DNA from: the human T2T-CHM13v2.0 reference genome, Homo sapiens
Length of the DNA stretch: 64,000 nucleotides
Strand: one strand, 5' to 3'
NCBI RefSeq assembly: GCF_009914755.1
Contig: NC_060934.1
A program made the translations under genes and the position numbers. Positions 1 to 16,487 of the stretch are shown here, piece after piece; position 1 is the first letter of the stretch; every line of letters starts with the position of its first letter. The notes beneath the pieces are model-generated. The model was not told the origin of the DNA. It made no database searches and was given only the letters and a program-made list of their open reading frames with translations.

Positions 1-122
1 GTTTTCAAGTAGTACCCTTAAGGAATCACACATAGAAGGTACTCAATAAATATTATAGCTTGAATAAATAAAACAATGCCACTGAGAGCCTCAAGGGTCT
101 GGAGTACTCTCAGATAACTGGC

Positions 123-620
123 GTATTAGTTAGATGTTGCTCTGTAACAAACCACTTCAAAACTTAGAAGTTACCCAGCTGGAAATTTCCTTTCTCCCAC
201 TGAAGATGGGAGCCTATTTTAGGGGCCTAAAATAGTAACCTTTTATTATTTCTCATGAGTCCACAGGACGATGGGGCACTTCTGCTACTCTGGGCTGGAT
301 GTGGCTGATCTTAACTGGCTCATCAGTGATCAGCCAGTGGATTGGCTGGGCCTGGCTCATCTCAGATGACTTCAGCCCTCCTTCCCATGTCCTGCACATC
401 CCTTCAGCAGGCTAAGCTGGGCTTGTTCTTATGGCAGTGCCAGAGGTCCAAGAAATGAGTGAAAATGCACATGTGCTTTTCCAAGCCTCTGATCCCATCC
501 TGCTGGCCAAAGCATGTCACAGCATCAAGCCCAACATCATTTTGGGAGGGCCCTACTTAAACGAATGGCAAGAGTGATATATGAAAAATTGGGCCAATTT
601 CTGCATGAATCCTCTATGAT
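123..620 (-). mobile_element. Old MaLR LTR (MLT1 family) remnant
   Basis: Starts GTATTAGTTAGATGTTGCTCTGTAACAAACCAC..AAAACTTAG and contains CAGCAGGCTAAGCTGGGCTTGTTCTTATGGCAG, resembling reverse-strand MLT1 consensus; boundaries approximate. Confidence 0.55.
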
Positions 621-659
621 TGGGAATCACGTAGATAAGTGTTTTGGGACAGTTCATCC

Positions 660-715
660 AAATGACAGACATAAAATAATGAAATGTGAAATGACAGACA
701 TAAAATAATGAAATG
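660..715. repeat. Tandem duplication, 29-bp period
   Basis: AAATGACAGACATAAAATAATGAAATG identical at 660-686 and 689-715. Confidence 0.9.
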
Positions 716-1196
716 CGTGGCCATCTCCTTACCACAGTTGATTCTAACCCAGTTGTTGAATTATTTGCCATACCTCACTCAGTTCAGCATGGCTATCAGT
801 ATGATGCACCCTTCTATGTCTCTGAGGATTTATAAGAGATCTAAATTTTTTAAAAAGAAAGAAACTGGACTGCCATCCAACAGTTCACAAAAATCAATTT
901 CAGATATATCAAAGACCCAGAGGTAAAAAGCAAAATTTCAAAGCTTTCAAAATTAAATGGGGGTGGGGGAATCTCTTAATATCCTTAGAGTAGAAAAAAT
1001 TCTTTAAAAAGACACAAAATGCACTATCTATATAGGACGCATTTTCAAATCTAGCCATATTGAAATTGATGATTTTTGTTAATCAAAAGTTACCTCAAAG
1101 GGAATGTTTTTAAAAGTCATGATATGAGATAAAATATTTGTAGCACATGTAACCAACAAGTGACTAGAACCTGGGTACATAAAGAACTCCTGTAAA

Positions 1197-1393
1197 CAGT
1201 GTTGTGCTGGAAGATGTTTAACAACTGACTCTCAGGCCCTAAAAGTCCTTATTTTTAGCATTTGCTTGTTTCCAGGATATAAACACTTCCATGTGGCCAA
1301 TTTCAAGCCACTAAGGTAAGGTCACCAAGCAGGGCCTTGGGGATAGATGGTCGCAGTTGGCTCTCACAAGGCAGGTATAAAGGCTGCAGCACA
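1197..1393. mobile_element. MER63-like hAT DNA transposon (MITE)
   Basis: Terminus CAGTGTTGTGCTGGAAGATGTTTAACAAC, internal GGCCAATTTCAAGC, other end ..CAGCACA. Confidence 0.65.
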
Positions 1394-1427
1394 AAAGTCA
1401 ACATGAAAAACAAAACAACCCAATGGG

Positions 1428-2167
<740 letters not shown>

Positions 2168-3089
2168 GGGGCATAAAAGAAAACCTAAATGGACAATAAA
2201 AACCTGAAAAGATGCTCAATCTTGTAACTGATGAGGGAAATGCAAATTAAAGCCACAATCAGATACATTTCACACCCTCCAGATTGACAGAAGTTAAAAA
2301 GTTTGTCAGTTTGGGGTTGGTGATTCGGAGCTGTGGAAGCTCTCACCCACGGCTGGCGGAGCCTGTGCTAGTACAAACCACTGTGAGAAGCAGTTTGGCA
2401 TTTCCTAGAAGAGGTGACTGTGCACACCCTACAACCAGCACTTTCATTCCTGTAAATGTAAACGTGCCCTAGGGAAACTCTTGCCCATGCACCCCGCAGG
2501 ACACACAGGGTTCGCGGGAGGACCATTAGCAATGGGAAAAAATGAAAACAACCCATGTGCCCATCAGCAACAAAATAAACTATAATCTCTGTATATGATG
2601 GAATACAATTTCACAGCAGTAAAACTAATGAATTGTGGCTACAGGTATCAATATGGACAAATCCCAAGAACTTCATGGAGAGAGAGAGAATCACAAAAGA
2701 ATAAACGTCACATAACTGCAATACTATAAAGTTCCTTATCTATACTAACAAAGACAGGGGTGTTTATCAGCAAACTCAATTTGGTGGTTGGAGAGAGGGG
2801 CAGGAGAGCAAGAGGGGTATGATCTGAGCGTGGGGCAGGAAGAGGGGCTAATCCATGCGACTGGAAATAGTTCGTTCTCAAACTGGGTGTGAGTGTGGAG
2901 GTGCTCACTGCATTGTTGCTGCTGAGACATACGCTTGCATTGGATAGATTCTTCCACGTGTGTATTTCAAATTTGGCTTCATCACAAGGCTTGTGGGGTG
3001 TAAAGCAGTGTATTAAGTGTGACAGCTGAGGAAAGCCCCAGCAGCAGGGGACAGAGAGAGGGGCACATGTTGTCACCTGGAGGTGGGGT

Positions 3090-3355
3090 GGTTGCGGGAG
3101 AAACGTCCAGGCTACAAACCGAGTTGCGAATCACAGAGGGACTTAGGCCGGGAAGGGGCAGCACGGCGCCCTCCAGGCAGAGAAGCAGCCCCGCGGCCAC
3201 CCTGATGCGGCGCGGACTCCTCCTGTCCAGTTCTCTGTCACACCTGCTGCCTGCCCCCTCGCCAACCCCTGCATACATGGCCCGCATATCAGAGGCGGAC
3301 GAAGAAGCGGCCAGAACTTAGCCAGTCTTCCTTCTTCATCTTCCTTCCTCCTAGT

Positions 3356-3401
<46 letters not shown>

Positions 3402-4740
3402 TGGGCATTAGCCTTTCCTCTGGTCGTGCCTCTATTTCAGCTTGAGATTTTCACCTTTCATCGCAAGGGTCTTCGCGGCAGAACGTGGCCGTCCCCACAG
3501 CCGTCGGGGGTTTCGGGTTGGATCCCGCGTTCGCTCCGCTGCTTGGCCTGCGCTTCAGCCTCTAGCGACCCAGCGGGGGCGCGACTTCCGAGCCGCCTCC
3601 GCCTCCCGCCTCTACCGCGGGGCCGGGGCGACCCCAGGTCTGCACGGCCGACCGCTGCGTCCAGAGAGATGGGGCCGAGCCTCCCTGCGGAGCAGAACCG
3701 TGGGACGGAGGGCGGTGGGCTCCGCAGGGAGGGGGCGCAGTCCGGGACAGACCCCAGCACAGGCTCCTTCCACCCTCCCGGGACAGCTCCGAAATCCCAG
3801 CCCTACGCCGGAGCTGCGGTTTGCAAAGCGCGGCTGGGCCTTAGGTCTTGCCCCCAGTTTCCTATGCCCTAGGACGTCCCCTTGGGGGCCAGCCACCCCC
3901 AGCCCGCGGAGGGAAGAGGGGCCCTTCCTTCGCGGACCGAGGGCGGCAGCCTGTGTGGGGATACCTGCGCAGGTGCAGCCCCGGTGAGAGCTCCTTACCA
4001 AGAAAGAGGGACATTCATTTCCCTCTCCAAGGTAGCAGCGTTGAAAGGCTTCTCCACAGCATTACTCAGTCCAACTAATGATGGGAAAAGGAGGGAAAAA
4101 CGAGGGCGCCGAGCCGCAACCGCTTGCCTACCTCCACCTAAAACGCAAACACAGCCCGAGTCGCCAGTGACCCTGACTCAGGCGGCCGCGGGCGTTCCCC
4201 ACGGCAGGACCTGGAGCCACACCCGGGCCCTCGGGGCTCCATGGCAGCGCGGCAGCGCCTCCTTCGCGGAGAAGCCCCACTGCCAGGAGAACCACTGCCG
4301 TCGGGAGACGACGTCTGTATTTGTAGGGAGTGAAAGGAGGCGCCGAGTCCCCCACGTTTCATCGCAGGGTCTTCGGGGCAGAATTCGGAGACACCTGTCA
4401 CGATGGGAGCAGTCAGGGCTTTCCTGGTTTTGGGGCCTCTGGCTTAGGTGGGCTGGCAATGCCTCTCCTTTCATTCCTGATAAACATGCTGGGCCGGAGC
4501 ACAGCGGCCATGGGGCTGTTTCTTGTGAGCCACGGCTAGTTCTAAACTGTACTGATTTGGACACCTGCCACCAGATGAGAAATTAGTAAAATGTGGTTAC
4601 CAAGGGACTGCTTCTCTGCTCTAGCTGTGAACGGGGTCCTTAGCGGCCTGCATGCCCGCGCCTCTCCAGACTGAGACCAAAGACTTCCGCGCCACCGTCG
4701 GCAGCTCGCGAACTTAGACTTCAGACCGTCTGCCGCACTG
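3090..4740. promoter_or_regulatory. CpG island / probable promoter
   Basis: Very high GC and CpG density, non-repetitive; ETS cores ACTTCCG at 3584 and 4683; CTCGCGA at 4705; candidate donors CCG|GTGAGA (+, 3984) and GAG|GTAGGC (-, 4131). Confidence 0.8.
3359..3398. repeat. (AC)20 microsatellite
   Basis: Perfect AC run. Confidence 0.97.
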
Positions 4741-5164
4741 CAATAAAGAGACCATGGTGGGGATACCTTTTAAATGATTTAAATGTGTCCTTCCTTCTGC
4801 AGCACACACACGTCCTCCTGAACTGGACACCTGGCCAGGCCAACGAAAAAGGAGAAGCTCTTTTGTAAGGTGGCAGGGACGCACCCCCTTAGCTAGAGAC
4901 AGGCTTCTAGGTGGCTCGCCTTCTACTGGTAGAACATGTAGGGTTATCTGCTAAAGTGTGGGACCTGCTACATTGAAGCCAATCTTCTCTGAGCAGGACT
5001 CAATTTATTTTTTTCTTAATTGCAACACATGAAAATTTTAGGTCACCAAGAAACACTAGTCAAAGGGTTTCATTTTCTGTTTATGGCCTATTTATTACAA
5101 TTCAGAAGAAAAATGACCAACTAGAAAAAAAATATGTAACACGTATCACGGACTGTCAAATGTC

Positions 5165-5372
<208 letters not shown>

Positions 5373-5401
5373 TTTTTTTCTTTATATGTAAGAAAACTTG
5401 G

Positions 5402-6757
5402 TGGAGACGGGGTTTCGCTGTGTTGGCCGGGCTGGTCTCCAGCTCCTAACTGCGAGTGATCTGCCAGCCTCGGCCTCCCAAGGTGCGGGGATTGCAGATG
5501 GAGTCTCGTTCACTCAGTGCTCAATGTTGCCCAAGCTGGAGTGCAGTGGCATGATCTCGGCTAGCTACAACCTCCACCTCCCAGCCACCTGCCTTGGCCT
5601 CCCAAAGTGCCGAGATTGCAGCCTCTGCCCTGCCGCCACCCCGTCTGGGAAGTGAGGAGCATCTCTGCCTGGCCGCCCATCGTCTGGGATGTGAGGAGCC
5701 CCTCTGCCCGGCTGCCCAGTCTGGGAAGTGAGGAGCGCCTCTTCCCGGGCGCCATCCCAACTAGGAAGTGAGGAGCGTCTCTGCCTGGCCGCCCATCGTC
5801 TGAGATGTAGGGAGCGCCTCTGCCCCATCTGGGATGTGAGGAGCGCCTCTGCCCGGCTGCGACCCCGTCTGGGAGGTGAGGAGTGTCTCTGCCCAGCAGC
5901 CCCGTCTGAGAAGCGAGGAGCCCCTCGGCCTAGCAGCCGCCCCATCTGAGAAGTGAGGAGCCCCTCCGCCCGGCAGCTGCCCCATCTGAGAAGTGAGGAG
6001 CGTCTCCGCCTGGCAGCCGCCCCGTCCGGGAGGGAGGTGGGGGGCAGACCCCTCCCGGCCAGCCTCCCGGTCCAGGAGGGAGGGGGGGGGCAGCCCCCTC
6101 CCGGCCAGCCTCCCCGTCCGGGAGGGAGTTGGGGGCCAGCCCCTGCCCGGCCAGCCGCCCTGTCCGGGAGGGAGGTGGGGGGCGCCTCTGCCCGGCTGCC
6201 CCTTCTGGGAAGTGAGGAGCCCCTCTGCCCGGCCGCCACCCTGTCTGGGAGGTGTACCCAACAGCTCATTGAGAACGGGCCATGATGATGATGGTGGTTT
6301 TGTGGAATAGAAAAGGGGGAAATGTGGGAAAAGATAGGGAAATCAGATTGTTGCTGTGTCTGTGTAGAAAGAAGTAGACATAGGAGACTCCATTTTGTTC
6401 TGTACTAAGAAAGATTCTTCTGCCTTGGGATGCTGTTGATCTATGACCTTGCTCCCAACCCTGTGCTCTCTGAAACATGTGCTGTGTCAACTCAGGGTTA
6501 AATGGATTAAGGGCAGTGCAAGATGTGCTTTGTTAAACAGATGCTTGAAGGCAGCATGCTCGTTAAGAGTCATCACCACTCCCTAATCTCAAGTACCCAG
6601 GGACACAAACACTGCAGAAGGCCGCAGGGTCCTCTGCCTAGGAAAACCAGAGACCTTTGTTCACTTATCTGCTGACCTTCCCTCCACTATTGTCCTATGA
6701 CCCTGCCAAATCCCCTTCTGGGAGAAACACCCAAGAATGATCAATTAAAAAAAAAAA
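5402..6757 (+). mobile_element. 5'-truncated SVA retrotransposon (older, SVA_B/C-like)
   Basis: Antisense Alu-like part, GC-rich VNTR (~5630-6250), SINE-R (~6250-6745), ATTAAA + poly(A); TSD AAGAAAACTTGG at 5390-5401 and 6758-6769; no CCCTCT hexamer head. Confidence 0.96.
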
Positions 6758-6769
6758 AAGAAAACTTGG

Positions 6770-7490
6770 CAAAGGATATGGACAGACAGGAAATCCAGCT
6801 GGATCTTCAGCATATAAAAGATGCTCTACCACACTGGTAATAAGAAAACTATACTTTAAAACTACAAGATACTATTTTACAGTCTCAGATAGGCCAAGTT
6901 CAAAAATGAGGAGAGTGGCTCGTGTCTGGGAGGCTGTGGGGTCTGCGCGGTCACTCATTACTCTCCTTATGCCCCCTGGGGAGATGGCATGGCAGGCAGT
7001 TTACCTTCCAAAGGTAACAGTTCACACACTCTTTAACAAAGCAATTCTGCTCCTTTGTCCTACGGACTTGCTTGCATATGAAATGGCCTGCCAGTGAGAA
7101 TGTGCACTGCAACGTGGTTTCCAGTAGCGAATATGAAACCAATCTACATCTCCATAAATAAGAGATGGGTGAGATAGTGATGCATTCACAGAACCATGAG
7201 TAGCCATGAAAAAAATGAGTGTCTTTATATGAACTAATATGCAGAGATCTCTAAGAAATATTATTAAAGGAAATGCAAGGTGCAGAACTGTGGGTACACC
7301 TACCACTAATGTAAAACACTAAAAAGCATTGTGTAAGGATATAAAAGAGGTTGCTCATAGTGTTCCTTCCAGGGAAAGAAAATGGGATGACTGTGGGAGA
7401 AGGGTTGGAGGAGATTTAACTTTCACTTTCAAACTTTTTGCTGTGTTCATACTTTGTCTATTCAAAAAAATTAACAAATAAAAATGCATT
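6770..7490 (+). mobile_element. Degraded L1M 3' fragment
   Basis: GGCAAAGGATATGGACAGACA..ATAAAAGATGCTCTACC..; host of the SVA insertion. Confidence 0.55.
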
Positions 7491-7545
7491 TAAAAATTAG
7501 AGGCCAGTATTACCTACAGTTTCCAGCCTTCTGTGTAAAAGCAGA

Positions 7546-7665
7546 TGTATTCACATTCTCCAGAGAAACAGAACCACTAAGGTATCAATATTTCCATATC
7601 TCTATATCTGTCTATATATACAGATTTATTACAAGGAATTGGAGGTTGAGAAATCCAGACCCCAG
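7546..7665 (-). mobile_element. MLT2 (ERVL) LTR fragment
   Basis: TTCTCCAGAGAAACAGAACCA..GATTTATTACAAGGAATTGG. Confidence 0.55.
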
Positions 7666-7811
7666 GCAGCAAATAGTGGTATGTGACTTGCCTTCATCAA
7701 CAGAAAATGCTGGAAGTGATGTTTTGGGGCTTACAATTCCAGTCTTTAGAGAATTGTTAGCTTCTGCTTCTCCTCTTCTAGAGTCCAGACAAGGTAAGGT
7801 GTTAAACTGTA

Positions 7812-8080
7812 CTGAGACAGCCATGCTGTGAGGAAGCCCAAGTTATCCATATGGAGAGAGAGACAACATAAGGGAGCACTGAGGTTCTAGACTTGTGGGT
7901 GGAGACTTATTGGACCCTCTAGCCTAGCTCAGCTCCATATATGTAGTCCATGCCATGAGGTGGAGCAGAAGAGCTGCCCAGCCATGCCCTGCCCAAACTC
8001 TCAACCCACAGAATTGTGAGAAACAATAAATTGTTGTCTTAAACCACTAAATTTTGGAATGTTTTGTTGCATAGCAATAG
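7812..8080 (+). mobile_element. MLT1 LTR 3' part
   Basis: GCCATGCTGTGAGGAAGCCCAAG..AATAAATTGTTGTCTTAAACCACTAAATTTTGG..ATAGCAATAG. Confidence 0.7.
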
Positions 8081-9136
8081 GTTTGCCCCTAACATACTGG
8101 ATGTCACAAGGTGACAATTCCTTTACAGGGACAGCTGAGTGACCATCCCATGGGAAACAAATATTTGCATTCCTTTATCATGTTACTGAGGCGACATCTA
8201 ATTGTATCCTTCTTTTTACCTTACGTGAGACACTAATGGGTGGTTTTCTCCTTGATCTTTTACAGAAGCAAACACAGCATCAAACAGCAAGGGGCTTCTA
8301 ATAGGGGATTTGCAGATGGCCAGCCTATCTCAGAATAGGACACAAAGATCTTGGGGTACCTTGTTTAGGATTCAGACAGTAGTCCCTGTGAATCCTATAT
8401 ACTTGCTATGAAAAGGAAAAATTGGCTTGTCAATTTGAGGTCAAAATGGTGGATAGGAGGCAGGACTAGCAGCTCCTACTCAGACAGAGCAGCACGTGGA
8501 GATTCACATCATGAACTACCTCAAGAACATACCAGGAAACCTGAGAGAATCCACAGACCCCTTGAAGGAGGTGGATTGCCACTGCAGGCTCCATGGGACA
8601 GCTGAGGAAACTGCCAGTCTGTTTGCTCTCTCACCTGGAAGGCTTGTAGCCTGGGGCAAGTTCTCAGCCCTGCTCACTGGCTGCCTGGAAATAAACTGAG
8701 TGCTGTTGGGGGACCACAGTGGGAGTGAGATCAGCCTTTTGGGCTGTGGGCTGCATGGCAGCTGGGTGACGCCTGTGGCTGCCAGCTTTCCCCCCCTTCC
8801 CTGGCAACCTGTGTGATGCAGCAGAAGCAGCTATAATCCCCTTGGTAACATAACTCCATTGGCCTGGGAACCACACCTCCACCCCCTAAAGCAGCAGTGG
8901 CAGGCCCCGCACAAGGAGAGTCTGAGCTCAGACATGCCTAACCCTGACCAGACCTGATGGTCTTTCTCTACCTGCCCTGGTAACAGAAGACAAAGGACAT
9001 AATCTCTTGGGAACTCTATGGCCCTGCCTACCACCTGACCTTAGGGCAAGCTTGTATCCTCCCTATACAACTGCAGCTGATGTGCTCTTAAAAGCACCAC
9101 CTCCTGGCTGGAGGCCAACCAAAACAAAACTAGCAC

Positions 9137-9445
<309 letters not shown>

Positions 9446-10041
9446 AAAACTAGCACACTTAATAAAAATACAACCAAGGACCCTCACAGAGTCCAGGCGC
9501 TGGTATCCACAGCTGAGAGACCTAAAGACGGATCACATCACAGGACTCTTTGCAGACACTCCTCAGTACCAGCCCAGAGGCTGGTAGCTCTTCTGGGTGG
9601 CTAGATCTAGAAGAGAAATACCAATCACTGCAATTTGGCTCTCAGGAAGTCCTATTCCAAGGGTGTGGGGGAGAGCACCACATCAAGGGAGAACCCTGTG
9701 GGACAAAGGAATCTAAACAGCAGCCCTTGAGTCCCAGATCTTCCCTCTGACATAGCCCACACAAATGAGAAGGAACTAGAAAAACAATTCTGGTAATACA
9801 ACAAAACAATGTTCTTTAACACCCTCAAAAAATCACGCTAACTTACCAGCAATGGATCCAAACCAAAATGAAATCCCTGAACTGCCAGAAAAAGAATTCA
9901 GAAGGTCAATTGTTAAGCTAATCAAGGAGGCACCAGAGAAAGGTGAAGTCCTACTTAAAGAAATTTTAAAAAATGATATAGGATATGTGATAAACATCAT
10001 AAAAAATGATATAGGATATATCATATAAGATATAGGATATA

Positions 10042-10323
10042 TGACAGGTTTTCCTTCATACGTTACCTGATACTTTTGCCTCATAACTCTTAAGATTCTT
10101 TCCTTCATCTTGACTAGATAATGTGATGAATATGTGCCAAGGTAATGATCTTTTTGTGATGAATTTCCAAGGTTTTCTTTGAGCTTCTTGTATTTGGATG
10201 TCTAGGTCTCTAGAAAGGCCAGGGAAGTTTTCCTTGATTATTCCCTCAAATATGTTTTTTAAACTTTTAGATTTCTTTTCTTCCTCAGGAATATCAATTA
10301 TTCTTATATTTTGTCACTTAACA
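10042..10323 (-). pseudogene. Inverted internal fragment of L1 ORF1
   Basis: Minus-strand translation includes KERILRVMRQKYQVTYEGKP (ORF1p C-terminal half), opposite to the rest of the element. Confidence 0.85.
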
Positions 10324-13748
<3,425 letters not shown>

Positions 13749-14297
13749 TTTTTTGTTTTTTTTTTTTTTTGTCTTTTAACAGCCAACAGTTTATTGTACA
13801 CTAGTCTTGAGCAGCTTCAATCTGAATTCATCTCCCCAGGACAGGAAGAAGTCAGGAGATCTCGGGGAGACAGAGCTTATATCCTTTCTTATTCAGAACT
13901 GCCACAACCCCTATCCCTCACCAGTCAGGCCCCACATCACACCAGTGGCCCAGCTGGAATTCTAACATCAGCTAATTCCTTTATATTCTTGTCGTTCTTG
14001 ACATTGCCAGAAAACGTAATCTCTCATGCTTTCCAATCCCAATAGTGTTTTCTCTGGGCCTCCTAACCCCCCTCTCTGTCCACAAATCTCCTTTTCAGTT
14101 GCAACCCCCATCCAATTTTAAACAACTTCCACATTTTCAATACTGAGGTTAATCATTAATTGAGCTGTAATGGGTATGTGTTGTCTACTAAGTGTTTTGG
14201 AAAGTCACTTTGACACTTATCTAATATTATAGGCATGCACTCATCCTTCCCATGACCCTTTTCCTTCCACATACTTTAGAATGTTCTTCCTTGATAG

Positions 14298-14880
14298 GAA
14301 TGTAAGCTCTATGAGGGCATGTGTTTTTGTTTTATTCACTAATGTGGATCAAGTAACCATAGCAGCGCCTCTCGTATAGTAGGTATTCAATAAATAAGCA
14401 TTGAATAAATGAATTTAATGAGCATACATTCAGCAAATATATGGTTATATGACAATATGACAATGAATGAGTAAAATAATATTTTCCCTTATGGAGTTTA
14501 CATTCTAATGTGTAAATGCCGGAAGCCTATGACAAACAGACAATAAGCATGTAAACAGATATAATTCCATACTCTCATTAATCTATGGGGAAAATAAATC
14601 ACATTAGGGAAATAGAGAATGACTGGTAGAAAGAATTTTGGTTATTTTAGATAGACTGGTTAAGACAATTCTCCTTGGGGAGGCAAATCTGGGCAGAATA
14701 CTGATGTGAGGCAAAATGAAGATTTTGGACATAAAAAGACTTGGGAATAGGCAGGAGTAATAAACAGAGAATATAAAGATCTTGATATGGCAAAATGTTT
14801 TATGCATTTGAGAGAAAGAGTGGTTGGAGATAATGTTAGGGAGATGAGGAAAGGCCATGTTGTACAGGTCTTACAGGTTA
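14298..14880. mobile_element. L2 fragments (tail-to-tail) within transduced DNA
   Basis: GAATGTAAGCTCTATGAGGGCA..TAGTAGGTATTCAATAAATA..TTGAATAAATGAAT (L2 3' end) followed by antisense L2-like sequence. Confidence 0.65.
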
Positions 14881-14887
14881 CCTATAC

Positions 14888-15233
14888 CTGGGGGTCCCTA
14901 ACCCCTGGGCCTTGGACGGATACCAGTACCGGTCTGTGGCATATTAAAAACTGGGTGGCACAGCAGGAGGTGAGCAGCGGGCTAGCGAGCATTACCTCCT
15001 GAGCTCCGCCTCCTGTCAGATCAGTGGTGGCATTAGATTCTCATAGGACAGGAACCCTATTGTGAACTGCTCATGCAAGGGATCTAGGTTGCACTCTCCT
15101 TATGATAATCTAATGCCTGATGATCTGAGGTGGAACAGTTTAATCCCCAAACTATCCCCACACTGTCCCTTCCCACAGAAAAATTGTCTTCCTTGAAACC
15201 AGTCCCTGGGGCCAAAAATATTAGGGACCACTG
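14888..15233. mobile_element. MER1B hAT MITE within transduced DNA
   Basis: GAGCTCCGCCTCCTGTCAGATCAGTGGTGGCATTAGATTCTCATAGG; TIR-like ends; degenerate 8-bp TSD ACCTATAC/ATCTATAG. Confidence 0.85.
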
Positions 15234-16009
15234 ATCTATAGGATTTTCATTTTATTTAAATGTGATGTGAAAGCATGGGAAAGTTTGGAAAAGTCTCATG
15301 ATCTTATTTAGGATGATAAAATCATGAATTAAAAAGCTACTTGGTGGAGAGAGAAAGCAAAGAGACCAGCAAGGAGGCTATTGTAGCATCAAGTGACAAA
15401 TGATGGTGGATTGAGCCAGAATGGTGGCAGTGGAGTGGAATCAGGTTCTGGATATTCTTTGAAGATGGATTTGATATGGTAAGGGAAGGAGAGGAATTAA
15501 GAATAGGTCCTAGATTCCTCAGCTGAGCTGGGAAAATCCATTTTACTATTAGTGTTTCCTCAGGAAGAGAATGAGCTAATACATTTGGGGAAAATATTAT
15601 CACTTCCTGAAAACTGAAAAGAAAATGATCATTTTTTAAAAATCTATTGTATCCTTTGTTTTCTCTTAACGTTCTTTTGTCTCCCAGCCTTTTATTTTGA
15701 AAAATGTTAACTTCAATAAGAATTTGAAAAAAATAGTACAACCATATACCCTTTACCTACGTTCACTAATTATTAACATTTTGCTACATTTGCTTTCTCT
15801 GTCTTTTCACATATACACACAAACACACACAGTTTTTCTCTGAAATATTTGAAAGTATGTTGCAGACATCATGAAACTGCACTGCTAGTATTTTGGTATA
15901 TATTTACACATATTTACTGAGAACAAGAAGATTTTCTTATAGAAATACAAGACCAGAGAAATTTTACATAGCTACAGTGCTTTTTTTAAAAATTTATCTC
16001 CCACTATCT

Positions 16010-16487
16010 CTTTATTTATTTATTTATTTATTTATTATTATACTTTAAGTTTTAGGGTATATGTGCACAATGTGCAGGTTAGTTACATATGTATACATGT
16101 GCCATGCTGGTGCGCTGCACCCACTAACTCGTCATCTAGCATTAGGTATATCTCCCAATGCTATCCCTCCCCCCTCCCCCCACCCCACAACAGTCCCCAG
16201 AGCGTGATGTTCCCCTTCCAGTGTCCATGTGTTCTCATTGTTCAATTCCCACTTATGAGAGAGAATATGCGATGTTTGGTTTTTTGTTCTTGTGATAGTT
16301 TACTGAGAATGATGATTTCCAATTTCATCCATGTCCTTACAAAGGACATGAACTCATCATTTTTTATGGCTGCATAGTATTCCATGGTGTATATGTGCCA
16401 CATTTTCTTAATCCAGTCTATCATTGTTGGGCATTTGGGTTGGTTCCAAGTCTTTGCTATTGTGAATAATGCCGCAATAAACATACG
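16010..16487 (-). mobile_element. 5'-truncated young L1 (L1PA2-like)
   Basis: CACCCACTAACTCGTCATCTAGCATTAGGTATATCTCCCAATGC (GAG-type 3'UTR); ORF2 C-terminus RMFIAALFTIAKTWNQPKCP..SLISGN; (TAAA)n tail. Confidence 0.92.

Larger units (their letters stand above)
13749..16009 (-). other. L1 3'-transduced genomic segment with poly(A) tail
   Basis: Poly-T 13746-13770, TTTATT (minus AATAAA) at 13790-13795, contiguous with L1PA2 tail at 16010, whole unit inside a TSD. Confidence 0.88.

Noticed and set aside
3568-3740. CTCF-like motifs (GGGGGCGC)
   Set aside because: Only half-site matches in very GC-rich sequence
3426-4586. Long ORFs (148-234 aa) in the first CpG island
   Set aside because: Overlapping in several frames, rich in P/R/G/A, no domain; expected from stop-codon scarcity in GC-rich DNA
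5398-6490. ORFs up to 234 aa
   Set aside because: Translations of SVA Alu-like/VNTR/SINE-R sequence
13749-16009. Processed pseudogene interpretation of the polyadenylated insert
   Set aside because: No ORF or mRNA homology; it is contiguous with an L1 tail and full of old repeats, which fits transduction
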